From the IMG/VR virus record IMGVR_UViG_3300042868_005134, positions 319,412-383,411 of that record: a stretch of DNA of 64,000 bases; one strand, given 5' to 3'. Positions 10,644 through 21,214 of the stretch are shown in pieces (the stretch's first letter is position 1; each line of letters opens with the position of its first letter). A program made the position numbers and the translations under genes. Under the pieces are notes generated by a model. The model was not told the origin of the DNA. It did no database searches and was given only the letters and a program-made list of their open reading frames with translations.

Positions 10644-10736
10644 TATAAAGTTTCCTTTTTGTTTAATATACAGAAAACTATCTGTATACATATATAACGC
10701 CTTAGCCTAACAAACAGTTGACACAGATTAATAAAA

Positions 10737-11276
10737 TTATTTTAAATTCCATTCTGCATATAATCTTCGAGGAGTATCAAAACAACATTCAATTAATACA
10801 GCATTAAATTTATCTGCTAATCGAACATGCTCATTGATAGTCCATGGATAAAAATTAATATTTTTACATTCTTCGTTGGCATGATCGTGAAGGCCTGGGT
10901 TACAACGCCAATAGATCCGTGCGTTAGGTTTTAATAAAGATATCACTTTGGCAATTTGCCGTTCGATATCATTGACTGTTCCAAAATTAATACTACCTAG
11001 GCAGAAAGCAACATCAAATCTATCGTCTGTTTGGAACTCTTCGATTGTACATTTAAAGTCGGCTTGATCAAACGCAGGGTCTACTCCTACAATATGTGGT
11101 ATAAGATTTTTAAACGGATTTGTGCCACACCCCACGTCAATTACACGTTCACCTGGTTTAATTTTATCAGCTAACGATAGTCCTGTTTTATCATATTTGT
11201 CTAAACGACTGTCTGTTTTATACCAAATTGTGCTAAAATAATTATTAAGATATTCTTGATTAACTTTTATGTCCAT
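10737..11276 (-). CDS. Class I SAM-dependent methyltransferase-like protein
   Basis: VIDVGCG, CLGSINFG and WRCNPG. Confidence 0.75.
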   Translation of the reverse strand: MDIKVNQEYLNNYFSTIWYKTDSRLDKYDKTGLSLADKIKPGERVIDVGCGTNPFKNLIPHIVGVDPAFDQADFKCTIEEFQTDDRFDVAFCLGSINFGTVNDIERQIAKVISLLKPNARIYWRCNPGLHDHANEECKNINFYPWTINEHVRLADKFNAVLIECCFDTPRRLYAEWNLK

Positions 11277-12103
11277 AACGAGTCTCTTGCCTTAATAAGG
11301 CGAATCATCATGGCTTCGTCCTCTTTTTCGTAGTCAGCTTCAATCTTTTGTAGAAGCTTGTGAGTTTTATTACTTAGTTTTTCTAGTTCGGGAGTTTTCT
11401 TGCTGCCGAACAATTTACCACCATTCAGTTCTCGACTCCGTTCACAGTACTCAGTCCAACCACTTGCGTCATATGGATCGGGACGATTTGGATAGACAGT
11501 AGTCCACCATGTGTAAAGCTCTTTGATTTCTTTCGCACGTATGGCCTGTCCAGTTGGCTTGTTGTAGTCAGGATGATCTGGCCCACACCAATCGCTGTTG
11601 GTCAATGTCATTGCCCAATCTAAGTGATCAAGGCCTGCTTGTGGGCAACGCCAGACCCGCCAACGGAACCAACCACTAGCCCAAAATGGAGGATCGTATT
11701 TTGCGCGAGCTTCTTTATCACCCCAAGCAATGTGACTCCACGCTGATTCTATCTCAACAAAATCAACCAGCTCATTGAATAAGCAAGGCAAAAAGCGGTT
11801 CCCCACGTCCTGCCATTGACCAGGCTTAATATCCCGGGCATGAGCGGTAAGACTATGAGTGCGACTAACCCAACGGTTGTTAATGTAGTACTTGATATCA
11901 TAAATTTTCCTTATAGGCCATGTTACAAAATCTTGGATATGCCCGAGTGCTTCTTCCGCCAACCAATAGCGGAAGTTATGTTTCATTTGGGCCGCAGTTG
12001 TCCATTCGTCCCATTCCTCGCTAGTCCCGGCGCCGAGTTTTTTAGTGCCGCGAATCCAGTCTGCGAACGGAGTACAACTCCAGTAACGTGTGTGTTGTGC
12101 CAT
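11267..12103 (-). CDS. Hypothetical Trp-rich phage protein
   Basis: 278-aa ORF abutting its neighbours. Confidence 0.7.
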   Translation of the reverse strand: MAQHTRYWSCTPFADWIRGTKKLGAGTSEEWDEWTTAAQMKHNFRYWLAEEALGHIQDFVTWPIRKIYDIKYYINNRWVSRTHSLTAHARDIKPGQWQDVGNRFLPCLFNELVDFVEIESAWSHIAWGDKEARAKYDPPFWASGWFRWRVWRCPQAGLDHLDWAMTLTNSDWCGPDHPDYNKPTGQAIRAKEIKELYTWWTTVYPNRPDPYDASGWTEYCERSRELNGGKLFGSKKTPELEKLSNKTHKLLQKIEADYEKEDEAMMIRLIKARDSLWT

Positions 12104-12778
12104 TTAGTCCTTCTTTACGCCAAACAGTTGTAATAGATTGATGAATAGATTGATGAAATCCATATAGAGTGTTAGAGCTCCGATTACTTCTTCACGACCT
12201 GTGTTGTCATAACTAACCAATTCACGAATACGTTGTGTATCATAGGCAGTCAATCCCAAGAAGATAATAATTGCCAAAGCACTAATAACCATTTGCATCA
12301 CTGTACTGCCAATAAAGATATTAATGATGCTGGCAATGATAATGGCAATTAAACCAATAATCATAAATTGTCCAACTCCAGATAGATCTCGTTTGGTAAA
12401 GTAGCCATACCCACTCATAACGCCAAAAAGTACACCAGCACCCATAAAGGCACTTACAATACTACCCATAGTATAAATGGCAAAAATTGTGGCAAAACTC
12501 AGACCCATCAAGGCCGCAAAGCCGTGTAAAAATAGCTGTAGCCCACTCTTGCTAAGTCGTTCACTAGCAAATGTAAAGGCAAAAATTGCTACCAGTGGGG
12601 CAAAGATTACAATCCATTTCAATACGCCTGTAAAGAAAAATGCCAGTAGTTCAGGACTGGATCCTACAAAGTAACTAACAATCATGCTAGTTATAACAGC
12701 CAAGCTCATGTGACCGTAGACACGTCCCATTGCTGAATTAATCTCGCTTGCTGAGCGGTACATTGATGTTGTGTACAT
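12104..12778 (-). CDS. Bax inhibitor-1/YccA family membrane protein
   Basis: About 7 TM segments; TKRDLS, AYDTQRI and ALTLYMDFINLF motifs. Confidence 0.9.
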   Translation of the reverse strand: MYTTSMYRSASEINSAMGRVYGHMSLAVITSMIVSYFVGSSPELLAFFFTGVLKWIVIFAPLVAIFAFTFASERLSKSGLQLFLHGFAALMGLSFATIFAIYTMGSIVSAFMGAGVLFGVMSGYGYFTKRDLSGVGQFMIIGLIAIIIASIINIFIGSTVMQMVISALAIIIFLGLTAYDTQRIRELVSYDNTGREEVIGALTLYMDFINLFINLLQLFGVKKD

Positions 12779-12807
12779 AAGTTTCTCCTTGTGTGTACTA
12801 TATTTAA

Positions 12808-13032
12808 TTATCTTAGTGCGTCCATGGTAAGTTCTTTACCATGGACATGTGCTACAGGTTTAAGCCATCCATACTCAATACATTCAGCAAGAACTTTTGC
12901 GTAATTTGTAGGACACTTTTCACTGATTTCAAATCCTGCTCTAGGGCATATCATTAGACCGTCCTGAAGCATAAACTTAGGGTCACCCTGACGTATGGTT
13001 CGAATATTAGTTGTTCTAGCACTTATCTTCAC
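12808..13032 (-). CDS. Hypothetical protein
   Basis: 74-aa ORF overlapping the ligase stop codon. Confidence 0.5.
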   Translation of the reverse strand: MKISARTTNIRTIRQGDPKFMLQDGLMICPRAGFEISEKCPTNYAKVLAECIEYGWLKPVAHVHGKELTMDALR

Positions 13033-14351
13033 AGTTTCTCTCCTACTTCAAATCCTCTGAACCGTAGGAACCGTGGAAATCGCAAACTGTATGTTCCGTC
13101 TTGGTTTTGTGTGACTGCGTCTGCTCGCACTTCCACGATCTGACCAAGTAAGGAATCACGTGAACTCCAATAACTATCACGATCACTATCACTAAAACCA
13201 CTGCCAACATTGACTTGAATAGTTTTTCCGTCATCGACTCCCTGGCATACAATCGCTCCAAGTCGTCCAATATTTTTTCCTGTGCCTTCTTCAACATCGA
13301 TTACCTCTAAACTTACTTCGATAAACGGCTTCAGCTTGAGCCATGCTACACTGCGTTTACACTTATATCCAGCATCAGCATCTTTAAGCATGATGCCTTC
13401 GTAGCCGCCCTTGATAGCCAATGCGTTAATCTCTTTGTAACGCTTTTGTCCTGCTTCAGTATCCAAGTCCACAGTTTCCTGTGCCACAACTGTTATGTTG
13501 GGAATTTTATCTTCCCAAGTTCCATGCCAAACTTTGAGCAACATACTGCGTTCTGATTGTGTGCGGCCACACACGCCTGTTTCAAAATCTTCAAGCGGAA
13601 TAATGTCAAACAAGTTAAGCACCGCATCGTTGGCTTGAGCACTGCTCTTGCGATGAATCTGTTTCATCAAGTCTTGAAACGAGCCACTCATAATCTCACC
13701 GTCAAAAACAGTAGGCTGACTGATGCCACCTTCTGCCGCTACAGCTTCAAACTGTGCCTTAACGTGCGGAAAGTTTACAAGTTCCTTGCCATTACGACTA
13801 AACTGATCCACGCGACCATCGGGATACACAATAGTGATGACACGCACTCCGTCTAACTTAACTTCGATAATTTTTTTGCCTGTAACTTTTGCTTCGTGAT
13901 TAGCACTATCGTGAGCAAGCTGACAGCTAAACACAGGAACAGCATATTGCGGGTACTGTTTTTCTACAACTTTGTTAACTGTGTTTTCACTAAATCCGGC
14001 TCGCATGTCTTTAATAAGAATTCTGCGATACCATCCGTTCCATTCGGCCTTAGTGGCCGTCTTCATCATGTTCGCAACAGTGTCACGAGCAAGGTTGCCT
14101 GTGAATGAGCGATTGACAAAGCCAGTAATAATGAGACTAAAACTATCCCAATCCAAGCCAACACCATCTTCATCTTTTTTCTCCGGAATTTGTTTAAGCC
14201 CAAATGTAATCATGGAATCGTAGCAAAGGCGCAAACCTTCAAAAAATTCTTGATTACCTGCTTCCGCTTGAGCTTGAATAATAGCTTCTTTATTCAAACG
14301 GCTAGGATGGTCCTCCAAAGAGGAAATAACGCTGTAACATGGGTCTGACAT
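13029..14351 (-). CDS. ATP-dependent DNA ligase
   Basis: EVKLDGVR (motif I), FDGEI, EGIMLK, WLKLKP and SLRFPRF. Confidence 0.95.
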   Translation of the reverse strand: MSDPCYSVISSLEDHPSRLNKEAIIQAQAEAGNQEFFEGLRLCYDSMITFGLKQIPEKKDEDGVGLDWDSFSLIITGFVNRSFTGNLARDTVANMMKTATKAEWNGWYRRILIKDMRAGFSENTVNKVVEKQYPQYAVPVFSCQLAHDSANHEAKVTGKKIIEVKLDGVRVITIVYPDGRVDQFSRNGKELVNFPHVKAQFEAVAAEGGISQPTVFDGEIMSGSFQDLMKQIHRKSSAQANDAVLNLFDIIPLEDFETGVCGRTQSERSMLLKVWHGTWEDKIPNITVVAQETVDLDTEAGQKRYKEINALAIKGGYEGIMLKDADAGYKCKRSVAWLKLKPFIEVSLEVIDVEEGTGKNIGRLGAIVCQGVDDGKTIQVNVGSGFSDSDRDSYWSSRDSLLGQIVEVRADAVTQNQDGTYSLRFPRFLRFRGFEVGEKL

Positions 14352-14381
14352 TTGGGCTCCTATATCTTTTACAATACAAGT

Positions 14382-14410
14382 ATTATAGCATCGAACGGTC
14401 AGTAGGTCAA
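14382..14410 (-). promoter_or_regulatory. Sigma70-type promoter upstream of the ligase
   Basis: TTGACC-17 nt-TATAAT. Confidence 0.7.
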
Positions 14411-15130
14411 GTGATTTGTTGTTCGAAATGGTTTACCAATTTGGGCGTAGGGCAAGTTTCGAATTATTTTCTTTTTCATGGAGCGTATGACAGGATGGTT
14501 ATGATTCCAATCAAACGTCTTTAAATACTTATGATAGCTGGATTTTTTGGCACGTTTTGCCAAATTGCTGTCTAAATATCGTTTGGCTGCGTCAAAATCG
14601 TCGCCAAATTTATCGTACAATTCACAGGCAATGTTAAAACTAAATGCGCCCATTTCGTCTTTGTGCCCGTAATACTCTTGCTCTTTGCGATCTCTCGCAT
14701 AATAGGCTGTGCTTTCGTAACCTGGAATATCTTTAAATGTTCTAGTACGATATTGCCTCACGTGTATTATTTCGTGTAGCATGGTATCCGCAAACAATTT
14801 ACACATTCTATCCCATCTGCTGTCCGATAGTTTGATGGTAGCATTGGTATCTTTATAACTAAACGTTATTTCAACATGCCGACGATTTTCAACATCATTA
14901 TCAGAATAATATGCGCCGCCAATATAGACCAGCCCTTTTTCGTGAGTGAGATCCCGTTTCAAGGTAACTTTAATGGGTAAGTGCCATTTGATATGCGCTG
15001 CCAATAACTTTTGTAAGTCTTTGATGGCGATACGGCGCCCCACAACAGAGGGCTTCAATTCGTATAGCATAGTATACAAATTGGTTCTGTCCAATACTGA
15101 CCAGTTAAATGGTTTCCTATTCATTGCCAT
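14399..15130 (-). CDS. HExxH zincin-like protein
   Basis: HEIIH followed by downstream YY...DEMGA; paralog of 21215; TATAAATA upstream. Confidence 0.6.
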   Translation of the reverse strand: MAMNRKPFNWSVLDRTNLYTMLYELKPSVVGRRIAIKDLQKLLAAHIKWHLPIKVTLKRDLTHEKGLVYIGGAYYSDNDVENRRHVEITFSYKDTNATIKLSDSRWDRMCKLFADTMLHEIIHVRQYRTRTFKDIPGYESTAYYARDRKEQEYYGHKDEMGAFSFNIACELYDKFGDDFDAAKRYLDSNLAKRAKKSSYHKYLKTFDWNHNHPVIRSMKKKIIRNLPYAQIGKPFRTTNHLTY

Positions 15131-15181
15131 TCCCCTATAACATATTTATATTATACAGGGAATACCAATTAACTGCGTAGT

Positions 15182-15772
15182 TTACGGACGTTTTGTTATG
15201 ATTTCGTCAATCAATCCATAATCCAGTGCTTCTTGTGCGCTCATAAACTTGTCACGTTCCATATCAGCACTAAATTGAGCAAAGGTTTTACCTTTACTAT
15301 TGTGGGCAACATAGATTCCGGTTAGCTCTTTTTTCATTTTCAAAATCTCTTCCACTTGAATCTGCATATCTGTAGCTTGTCCACGGGCGCCGCCACTGGG
15401 CTGATGAATCATGTGTCTAGCAAACGGCAACATCTTACGCTTGCCTTTCGCACCCGCTGTGGCTAGCAAACTGCCCATACTACAGGCCTGCCCCATAACC
15501 ACAGTACAAACATCGGGTTTGATAAACTGCATTGTGTCGTAGATGGCCAAGCCCGCCGTAACTACACCCCCAGGGCTGTTGATAAAGAATGTGATATCTT
15601 CATTACCTTGGCTTTCCAAAAACAGCAACTGAGCCACTAGTAAACTGGCACTATGCTCATTCACGTCCGTGTCTAGCATCACAATACGATCTTTAAGTAG
15701 TCGACTATAAATGTCGTAACTGCGTTCTCCTCGAGCTTCTTGCTCGATTACCATAGGCACTAAATTAGGCAT
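15182..15772 (-). CDS. clpP: ATP-dependent Clp protease proteolytic subunit
   Basis: [26 protein letters not shown] (catalytic Ser), MIHQPSGG and YGLIDEI. Confidence 0.97.
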   Translation of the reverse strand: MPNLVPMVIEQEARGERSYDIYSRLLKDRIVMLDTDVNEHSASLLVAQLLFLESQGNEDITFFINSPGGVVTAGLAIYDTMQFIKPDVCTVVMGQACSMGSLLATAGAKGKRKMLPFARHMIHQPSGGARGQATDMQIQVEEILKMKKELTGIYVAHNSKGKTFAQFSADMERDKFMSAQEALDYGLIDEIITKRP

Positions 15773-15780
15773 TTGTTTCC

Positions 15781-16581
15781 TTATTTTCCGTTAGTTTGTA
15801 CAGTGGGAGTTACAACACCATTGATGACTAAAGTCTGGCCCTTGAAGTTGGCAATAGCATCTGGCAACTTACGCATGGCTTCTGCTTGGGCTTCCGCCAT
15901 CAGCAACGGAATTGCCATCGGGTTGGCCTGCATCGACTCGTTACGCTTACGTGCTGTAGCCACTTTGACTTCTTCAGTCTTGAATTCGTTCTTGGCCTTG
16001 ACCAATTCGTTAGCACTTGCCACAACTGAATCAGCTGGCACAATATTACGAATCAATACTTGACTAATACTGATACTACCGTCCAATTTTTCTTCGGCAA
16101 GATTGCGAACAATTTCTTCCTTAATAAAAGTTTCCATGTCGCTACGAGCATCTGCCATGTCCAATGCTTCGTACTTTCGTGCCGCCTTGTAGATAGCGTT
16201 ACGAGCATTTTGTACAATGTAGTTGTACATTACAAATGTATCACCTTTGAACTCGGCGTGGAAGCTCTTGTTCTTAGTTGAATACAATTCAGAGACTTGC
16301 TGGGGGTTAATGTTGTAGACAACCACTGCATCAAAGTCTTTCATGGTCGAGTTGTCTTTGGCAACAGGTGTCATGTCGTTAAGAGTTACATTCACATCCT
16401 TGATAGGAAATGTAAGTACTTCTCCAATGATGGATTGGTTGAAAGAACCAGGAAGCAGTTCACCACTTTGAACTTGTTTGTCGAATCCAACTCGAACACC
16501 GACTTCACCAGTTTCAATACGAGTACAACCTGTTGCCAGCACAGCCGCGGCAAGAACGGAAAGAGTCAAAATACGTTTCAT
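15781..16581 (-). CDS. SPFH/band-7 (prohibitin-like) lipoprotein
   Basis: Lipobox LATGC then RIETGEVGV; SPFH core and C-terminal coiled coil. Start refined to MKRILTL. Confidence 0.8.
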   Translation of the reverse strand: MKRILTLSVLAAAVLATGCTRIETGEVGVRVGFDKQVQSGELLPGSFNQSIIGEVLTFPIKDVNVTLNDMTPVAKDNSTMKDFDAVVVYNINPQQVSELYSTKNKSFHAEFKGDTFVMYNYIVQNARNAIYKAARKYEALDMADARSDMETFIKEEIVRNLAEEKLDGSISISQVLIRNIVPADSVVASANELVKAKNEFKTEEVKVATARKRNESMQANPMAIPLLMAEAQAEAMRKLPDAIANFKGQTLVINGVVTPTVQTNGK

Positions 16582-16677
16582 TTTAAATAATACCTTGTGA
16601 AAAAAGAAAAAAGCAAACAGCAAAACCCAAAGCAAAATACAAAGGGCGAAGATAACGATCATTGATCATATAAATCC

Positions 16678-16854
16678 TTAAAATAAAATAACAATTATAG
16701 CCATCACTAGAACAGCTAGTAATGCGACAATTATACTATACGCAATGGACTTTGTCAAGGTCCAACGTTCCTTACCTTCCATCTTTCTCCAGGCAGTAAT
16801 GCCAAAGTGAATGATAACAGCAAGGATGGCAAATGCTAACCAAAGTCTAATCAT
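16678..16854 (-). CDS. Small two-TM membrane protein
   Basis: Two hydrophobic segments; start refined to MIRLWLAF. Confidence 0.55.
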   Translation of the reverse strand: MIRLWLAFAILAVIIHFGITAWRKMEGKERWTLTKSIAYSIIVALLAVLVMAIIVILF

Positions 16855-16855
16855 T

Positions 16856-17536
16856 TTATTCCTTTGTAAAATTAAATTGGAATAGAGTGTAATAGTACAT
16901 ATTATCAATTCTATTTGGTTTGTAGTAGGTTGTAAATTTACAAAGTTTACCAGGCTCAATCATGGTGTTAAACATTTCTAAAAACGGATTGTCGTCTAAC
17001 ACTTCAATGTTAAACAGGTGGGTACTATCGGTAAACCAAAATCTAACTAATTTTCTCTTTTGTTGTCTACTAAGTGTACTTTTCAAATAGGTTAATTCTA
17101 AATTTTGTTTAGCAGAATTATTACCGTGAACTAAGCCTGTGGTAGTGTTATATTGTTTTTTAAATTCGTCGTAGATCATATCTTCGTTATAGAACCATGG
17201 TAATTTATAATATATACCAGAATCCTTTTCCATACACTCGCGAATTCGTCCTTCTAACAAAACACAAACTCTTCGCCTATAATCACTCATGTGATTGCTA
17301 TTTTTCAACGACTGCCAAAGAAACTTTCGCGTGTAATACTTACGAACAGCTTCCGAATATGTACGGGTGTCGTCTGTAATATTATCCAGTACTTCTTGAC
17401 TTTCCAGTTGGCGATACTTGCCGGGTTCTTTTTTACCAAGCTCGTATAATGAACAAGCAAGCACTAAGGGATCTTCGGTGTACTTGGTTGCGCTTTCCTG
17501 ATAGCTTGTAGTGATCCAATCTTGAATAGCGTTCAT
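16856..17536 (-). CDS. Hypothetical protein
   Basis: ATGA overlap with the upstream ORF; start refined to MNAIQDW. Confidence 0.6.
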   Translation of the reverse strand: MNAIQDWITTSYQESATKYTEDPLVLACSLYELGKKEPGKYRQLESQEVLDNITDDTRTYSEAVRKYYTRKFLWQSLKNSNHMSDYRRRVCVLLEGRIRECMEKDSGIYYKLPWFYNEDMIYDEFKKQYNTTTGLVHGNNSAKQNLELTYLKSTLSRQQKRKLVRFWFTDSTHLFNIEVLDDNPFLEMFNTMIEPGKLCKFTTYYKPNRIDNMYYYTLFQFNFTKE

Positions 17537-17958
17537 TGGTATGTGTCGTCTAAGTTTACGTTGGTTAATCCTGCTACAGTTTGGAACTTTTCCCAAGCCT
17601 TCTTGGCTGTAGGATTCTTAGCAAGTTCTTCGCTGGGCAATACAGTCTCTAGCCAAAACTCCGGACGACGTCGAGGATGAGCACCAAATTGCCGAGGCTG
17701 ATGCATTTTGCCATCTGTGTAAAGCATGGTGCTCACACTGCGAAATTTGTCCTCATCGTCTTTGCTGTTGAAATCGTAGTGACCCCATTCAGTATTACTC
17801 ATACCTCCTAGGCAGTAGCCTGACCAAATACCACTCCATTGGACATCGTCTCGTGGGTCGAAATTTGTACGAGTAATCAACACTAGTACATCTTCCATGT
17901 CTACACGGCCTTCTACAATGTCCAAAATGCAACGACTATAGCTTAATCCGATTTTCAT
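17533..17958 (-). CDS. Hypothetical protein
   Basis: 141-aa ORF in an operon-like string. Confidence 0.65.
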   Translation of the reverse strand: MKIGLSYSRCILDIVEGRVDMEDVLVLITRTNFDPRDDVQWSGIWSGYCLGGMSNTEWGHYDFNSKDDEDKFRSVSTMLYTDGKMHQPRQFGAHPRRRPEFWLETVLPSEELAKNPTAKKAWEKFQTVAGLTNVNLDDTYQ

Positions 17959-17960
17959 TT

Positions 17961-18188
17961 TTATCTACCTTGTCTGTATGTGCTAACTGTTGGACCGTCT
18001 GTGCTAAAGTTAAGACCGGCCACACCGCCTTCGTAAAACTTACCATTCCATTGTAACTGAACTTTGACCTTCTTGTCAACACTCACTGACAAGTACTGTC
18101 GATCTTTAAAGTCCAAAACGTCAGCTACCATTTTGCGACCGTTTGATTCGCAAAGGATTTCGCAAGTGTCTTCAATATATTGTCTCAT
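17961..18188 (-). CDS. Hypothetical protein
   Basis: 75-aa ORF with ATGA overlap. Confidence 0.55.
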   Translation of the reverse strand: MRQYIEDTCEILCESNGRKMVADVLDFKDRQYLSVSVDKKVKVQLQWNGKFYEGGVAGLNFSTDGPTVSTYRQGR

Positions 18189-18490
18189 AGTGTTAACCTT
18201 ATTTGTTTAATACTATCCCATCTAAAACTTTTCCATGCCCGTGATTCAAGATCGTAAACTGGCATGATATCTTCGCTAACTTTACGTTCTTTCTTGGCAA
18301 CAGGAAAGTCAATAGGGTTGTCTGTGTTTGTCTCATGTAACACTTGGGGAACAAGTGATGTATTAGTTGTACATTCCATCACTCGTTCCGAGCCGTCTTT
18401 CTTGGTGAAAATAACAGTTACAGGACCATAGTTGAGATGACTTCTCAACCACTTCTTGAATAATTTCAAGTCTTGTTCACTTAAGGTCAT
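18185..18490 (-). CDS. WYL-like SH3-fold protein (DUF2693-like)
   Basis: FTKKDGSERVM...YDLESRAWKSFR pattern. Confidence 0.7.
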   Translation of the reverse strand: MTLSEQDLKLFKKWLRSHLNYGPVTVIFTKKDGSERVMECTTNTSLVPQVLHETNTDNPIDFPVAKKERKVSEDIMPVYDLESRAWKSFRWDSIKQIRLTL

Positions 18491-18635
18491 CTTGATGTAA
18501 CTCTAGTTTGCGTTTAAGTTCGGCATTTTCTGCCTGTAGCTTTTCAATATGAGTTGACAGTTCCATCAACATCTCATACATGTTTTTGGCAGTCACTCTT
18601 GTTAAGTCAACAATGTTAATTTTTTCTTCAATCAT
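18477..18635 (-). CDS. Small coiled-coil protein
   Basis: MIEEK... with heptad repeat; RBS GGAG. Confidence 0.5.
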   Translation of the reverse strand: MIEEKINIVDLTRVTAKNMYEMLMELSTHIEKLQAENAELKRKLELHQDDLK

Positions 18636-18636
18636 T

Positions 18637-19491
18637 TCAAATCTCCAATACAATGTCAGGATTCCAGCCAGTGTCTTCGCTGTATCCGTCGCCTTCATAA
18701 CCACGAGGGTTACATACAACTCTAGTCTCACCAATTACATAATCAAACGGATAATGGGTGTGACCATGTGTCCACAGTTTGACCTGTGGGTGATCCATGA
18801 TAAACTCGCTCAAGTCACTATGATAGCCACCGTTCATCAAGTACTGCGACTTGTAAGACTCATGTACACTTTGATAGCTGGGACTGTGATGCCCAACTAC
18901 CACGCACTTTTTATCTTTGTTATCTGCCAACACCGATTTAAAGTATCCAAGTGTACGAGCATGACGATCCGCAACATCTCTAGCACTCATTGAAGCATAG
19001 TTACGCTTGTCGTTTTTAATGATACGGAAGTCGTTCATCATACCTTCAATAGCATGCATGGTCAAAGGATCACCTTTATTCATGTCAGTCCACAACGTGC
19101 CGCCCACGAATGTTACATCGTCAATTACCTTGGTATCTTGTTCCAACATATAGATGTTGGGATACTTAGCAATTTCTTCACGCATGTGATCGATGCTAGC
19201 AAAGAATTTACCGTGGTAAAATTCATGGTTGCCCATAACGTAGATCACATGCGGAAACTGGAACGAACAACGCTTCAAAAAATCACGGAAGCGAGCAACA
19301 CGTTGCATTTTTCGGCTAAGGTCTGCCAAGGCACCATTACTGTAAGGATTAAAGTCTGCGGCATGATGGTCGTGGAGATCCTGAGCAACCATGATATCGC
19401 CTCCGAGAATCAAGACATCGCAGCCTTGATCATTTTTAATATTGATATCGGAAAACTCTAAATGGAGATCCGATACTAGTTTAATTTTCAT
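18637..19491 (-). CDS. Calcineurin-like metallophosphoesterase
   Basis: SDLHLE, GDI, GNHE, HH and HGHTH motifs. Confidence 0.9.
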   Translation of the reverse strand: MKIKLVSDLHLEFSDINIKNDQGCDVLILGGDIMVAQDLHDHHAADFNPYSNGALADLSRKMQRVARFRDFLKRCSFQFPHVIYVMGNHEFYHGKFFASIDHMREEIAKYPNIYMLEQDTKVIDDVTFVGGTLWTDMNKGDPLTMHAIEGMMNDFRIIKNDKRNYASMSARDVADRHARTLGYFKSVLADNKDKKCVVVGHHSPSYQSVHESYKSQYLMNGGYHSDLSEFIMDHPQVKLWTHGHTHYPFDYVIGETRVVCNPRGYEGDGYSEDTGWNPDIVLEI

Positions 19492-19694
19492 AATCTTTCG
19501 CTTAATAATATTCTACATAAGTCAGCATCTTTTGTTGACTTAAATGTAAACGTCATAAAATCTTCGCTAGGCGTGTATACAAATCTGTGTCCTGGCAAGC
19601 CAAACACTTCAAGTACAAGAGCACAAGTGTCGTTCCACCAAGTCACACCTTGCATGTGCCAATCTACAATTACTTCATGATCGCTGGGCGTCAT
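19488..19694 (-). CDS. Hypothetical protein
   Basis: Short ORF with ATGA overlap; start uncertain. Confidence 0.45.
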   Translation of the reverse strand: MTPSDHEVIVDWHMQGVTWWNDTCALVLEVFGLPGHRFVYTPSEDFMTFTFKSTKDADLCRILLSERL

Positions 19695-20268
19695 ATTCTG
19701 CCATATCTTTGGCACGTTTAACTTCACGTGCTTGTTCACAAGGTTCGCAAATAGTACGAATCCACCCAGGTCCATGTGTTTCAGCTGGTGCGCTACATTC
19801 TTCACAGGTAACGCCACTCATGCTTTCTGCCATACGTACCATACCACTAATCTCATCATCACCACCTGTGTAATAAAATCTCAGTGTACCAAACTTTTCT
19901 TTAACTTGATCCAATGTCACTTGCGGAATGCTTTCTGGAATCTGTCTAAAATCTCCAGCAATAATTTCTGCCAATCTTTCATCTTTGTATGCTTGATTGG
20001 TAATAGAACTATTTTGTTCAAAAAATAATTTACAATCACCAGCCTTGGCTTGTGCGGCCATTTCATTATATTCCATAGCCCACTTACGCTGTTTCTCTTT
20101 CCAATCAATGTGATGTTGGATATTACCCATAAGTTGATCCAGTATATTGAACCAACCATCACCACATTCGAATCCCCAACACATACAAGTTTCCTGCATG
20201 TTCTTGTTGCGGTTCACCATCATCTTTGGATATTTCTTACAAAGCAGTTCGTCTAGTTCTTGTTTCAT
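19675..20268 (-). CDS. Conserved-type phage hypothetical protein
   Basis: CGDGW...QVKEKFGTLRFY...TCEEC pattern, a motif set commonly seen in large phages. Confidence 0.7.
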   Translation of the reverse strand: MKQELDELLCKKYPKMMVNRNKNMQETCMCWGFECGDGWFNILDQLMGNIQHHIDWKEKQRKWAMEYNEMAAQAKAGDCKLFFEQNSSITNQAYKDERLAEIIAGDFRQIPESIPQVTLDQVKEKFGTLRFYYTGGDDEISGMVRMAESMSGVTCEECSAPAETHGPGWIRTICEPCEQAREVKRAKDMAEYDAQRS

Positions 20269-20492
20269 TATTCTTTTCCAAAGTGTTTGATAACCAAATT
20301 CAATGCTTCTATAGTTCGTATGTTACCACTTACGTCTTCAGGGTGTAGCCAGTATCCGTCTGGGTTAGAATCCGTCCTGGGATTCTTTTTCCATTGCGCC
20401 AATTCTTTTTTAAGGTAGGCACGATAATCTTGTAGATTAAGCACCGTAATACGGTCTGCCGCTTCACCATCCAATTCAATTTTTCTACTCAT
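20268..20492 (-). CDS. Hypothetical protein
   Basis: 74-aa ORF with overlapping start/stop codons. Confidence 0.55.
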   Translation of the reverse strand: MSRKIELDGEAADRITVLNLQDYRAYLKKELAQWKKNPRTDSNPDGYWLHPEDVSGNIRTIEALNLVIKHFGKE

Positions 20493-21211
20493 TGTGCTGC
20501 CTTTACATAGTTAAGACGTGTTTCAATTTTCTTAGTGTGCCAATTTTCGCCGATTGTTTTTACTTTGGCCTTGACAACAACGCAAGGTCCAGTTTTCAAT
20601 TCTACTTTGCTGAACCAGCTGACTATCCTGTTGTTAATTATAGCACAGATGTTCCAAGCGTCAAAGTTTTCCGAGCGTCTTGCTGAAACAATTTCGCAAT
20701 CCAAATCGGTAAACACATCTCCTGGCATACCCAACGGCTCATTGTCTGCCGACTTGAGACTGCGTGTTTGGTTAAGTCTTTGTTTATCTCTTTCCATGAC
20801 GCTGGGCAAACAGGCAATAAACCCAAATTTATTCCGAGCAACAGTTTCTGAACTCAAAATAGAGTTAACTTCTGTTTGAAACTCATTGTCACCTGCTACA
20901 GCACCAAACATATAACGTCGAAAGAATTTTCGAATTTCTTCTGCTTGTTCTCTATCTGCTTGTATAACATTCAAGGGCTCGGGCCTAGTCTGTTCATCGT
21001 AGGCTTTTTCTAGTCCTAGTGTAAACAACATTAGATACTTGTTTGCTTCTTTTCGGTATAATGGTTTCATTTCCGAATCGTAAACGAATTCGGTTTGCTT
21101 AATATAGGCATTGTTAATGCGCTGTGCCGCGCAGGCCAAATCTAACACTTGTTCCAAAGTAAACTCAGGGTGTGACATTTCAAACTTTCCGTTATCGTTT
21201 GCGAGTATCAT
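20489..21211 (-). CDS. Hypothetical protein
   Basis: 240-aa ORF; true start may be MSHPEF. Confidence 0.6.
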   Translation of the reverse strand: MILANDNGKFEMSHPEFTLEQVLDLACAAQRINNAYIKQTEFVYDSEMKPLYRKEANKYLMLFTLGLEKAYDEQTRPEPLNVIQADREQAEEIRKFFRRYMFGAVAGDNEFQTEVNSILSSETVARNKFGFIACLPSVMERDKQRLNQTRSLKSADNEPLGMPGDVFTDLDCEIVSARRSENFDAWNICAIINNRIVSWFSKVELKTGPCVVVKAKVKTIGENWHTKKIETRLNYVKAAQ

Positions 21212-21214
21212 ATT